Below are positions 63,320 to 64,000 of a stretch of 64,000 bases of DNA, piece by piece; the stretch's first letter is position 1, and each line of letters starts with the position of its first letter. The stretch is from assembly GCF_009914755.1 (NCBI RefSeq), contig NC_060946.1; one strand, written 5' to 3'. The position numbers were made by a program, and so were the translations under genes. The DNA comes from the human T2T-CHM13v2.0 reference genome, Homo sapiens. The notes below the pieces were generated by a model. The model was not told the DNA's origin, searched no databases, and was given only the letters and a program-made list of their open reading frames with translations.

Positions 63320-63875
63320 CTATCTGTAAATCAAAATGTATCCCTTCTGTTCTGAATATGCTCTTTGCATAAACCCCACCCTCTATATCCAAACCCTGCC
63401 TTATCGCCTCCCTCTGTATACCAGGAAGCCAACCTATACAGACAACTGCACTCTCTTGCTCTGTGGCTTTGGGTGGGGCTTAGCCAGTGAGAGGCACTGG
63501 CAAGAGTTAAGAATGCAAGGGGACAGAGAGCTATCAAAGTATTTACTCCCCATCCCTTTCCCAAGACGCCTTACTCCCTCCCTGCCTCACTGCAATTGTT
63601 TCAGTGGCTTCATTCCTCTGAAGCTACAGCTTCTATCACACAGTCCTTCTTAACAAGCTCTCATTAGACTTCAATCATACTATTTCCTCCTTTCTCCTTC
63701 TGACCTAGAGAAGGTGGTAACTGCTTCCTTGGTGGGTGAGCTAGTCCCAGATATCTTACCATCCTGTCACTTTCCTTAACCCTGCTCAAACCTCTATAAA
63801 TAGCACCTTCATTATATTCTCCTCAGTTAAACCTCGAATTCCTACATACTGTATTTCTTTAAAGTGACATAATAC
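63320..63875 (+). mobile_element. ERVL LTR (LTR33-like)
   Basis: ggcttagccagtgagaggcactggcaagag...gtatttactccc...ccttcattatattctcctcagttaaacc. Confidence 0.65.
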
Positions 63876-64000
63876 CCATTTTGATAGGCAAATGAACATT
63901 TTACATAAAAACTATTCTATATCTTGTCCAATCTCATATTCTCCATCTATGTGAACTCTCACTGTAATACCAATGACTGAACATAGACCAATCTGCATAT

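Overview
Primate, almost certainly human, genomic DNA. Bases 1-65 on the minus strand encode AYFRQGVALQYLGRHADALAA(F) behind a clean splice acceptor. I recognise this as a TPR-coding exon of TTC28 (exon 3 by my recollection; chr22q12.1). The remaining ~64 kb is the 3' end of the very long upstream intron and is dominated by transposable elements: a full-length but dead L1PA4 with a perfect 17-bp TSD, a near-complete Tigger1 interrupted by a two-LTR THE1A, an ERV1 solo LTR carrying p53 and octamer motifs, about 17 Alu copies or fragments, several old L1M pieces, MER82, MER45, MLT1, LTR33, MIR and L2. No other protein-coding gene is supported; the ORF track is TE-derived or background. I found no new gene system. 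The strongest unexplained structure is an apparent ancient ~10-13 kb inversion (core ~8.0-17.7 kb). Three old L1 elements have matching halves in opposite orientation on either side of it, and both breakpoints are filled by microhomology-joined L1PA ORF2 fragments. Repeat subfamily calls come from remembered consensus diagnostics, and boundaries of old elements are approximate.
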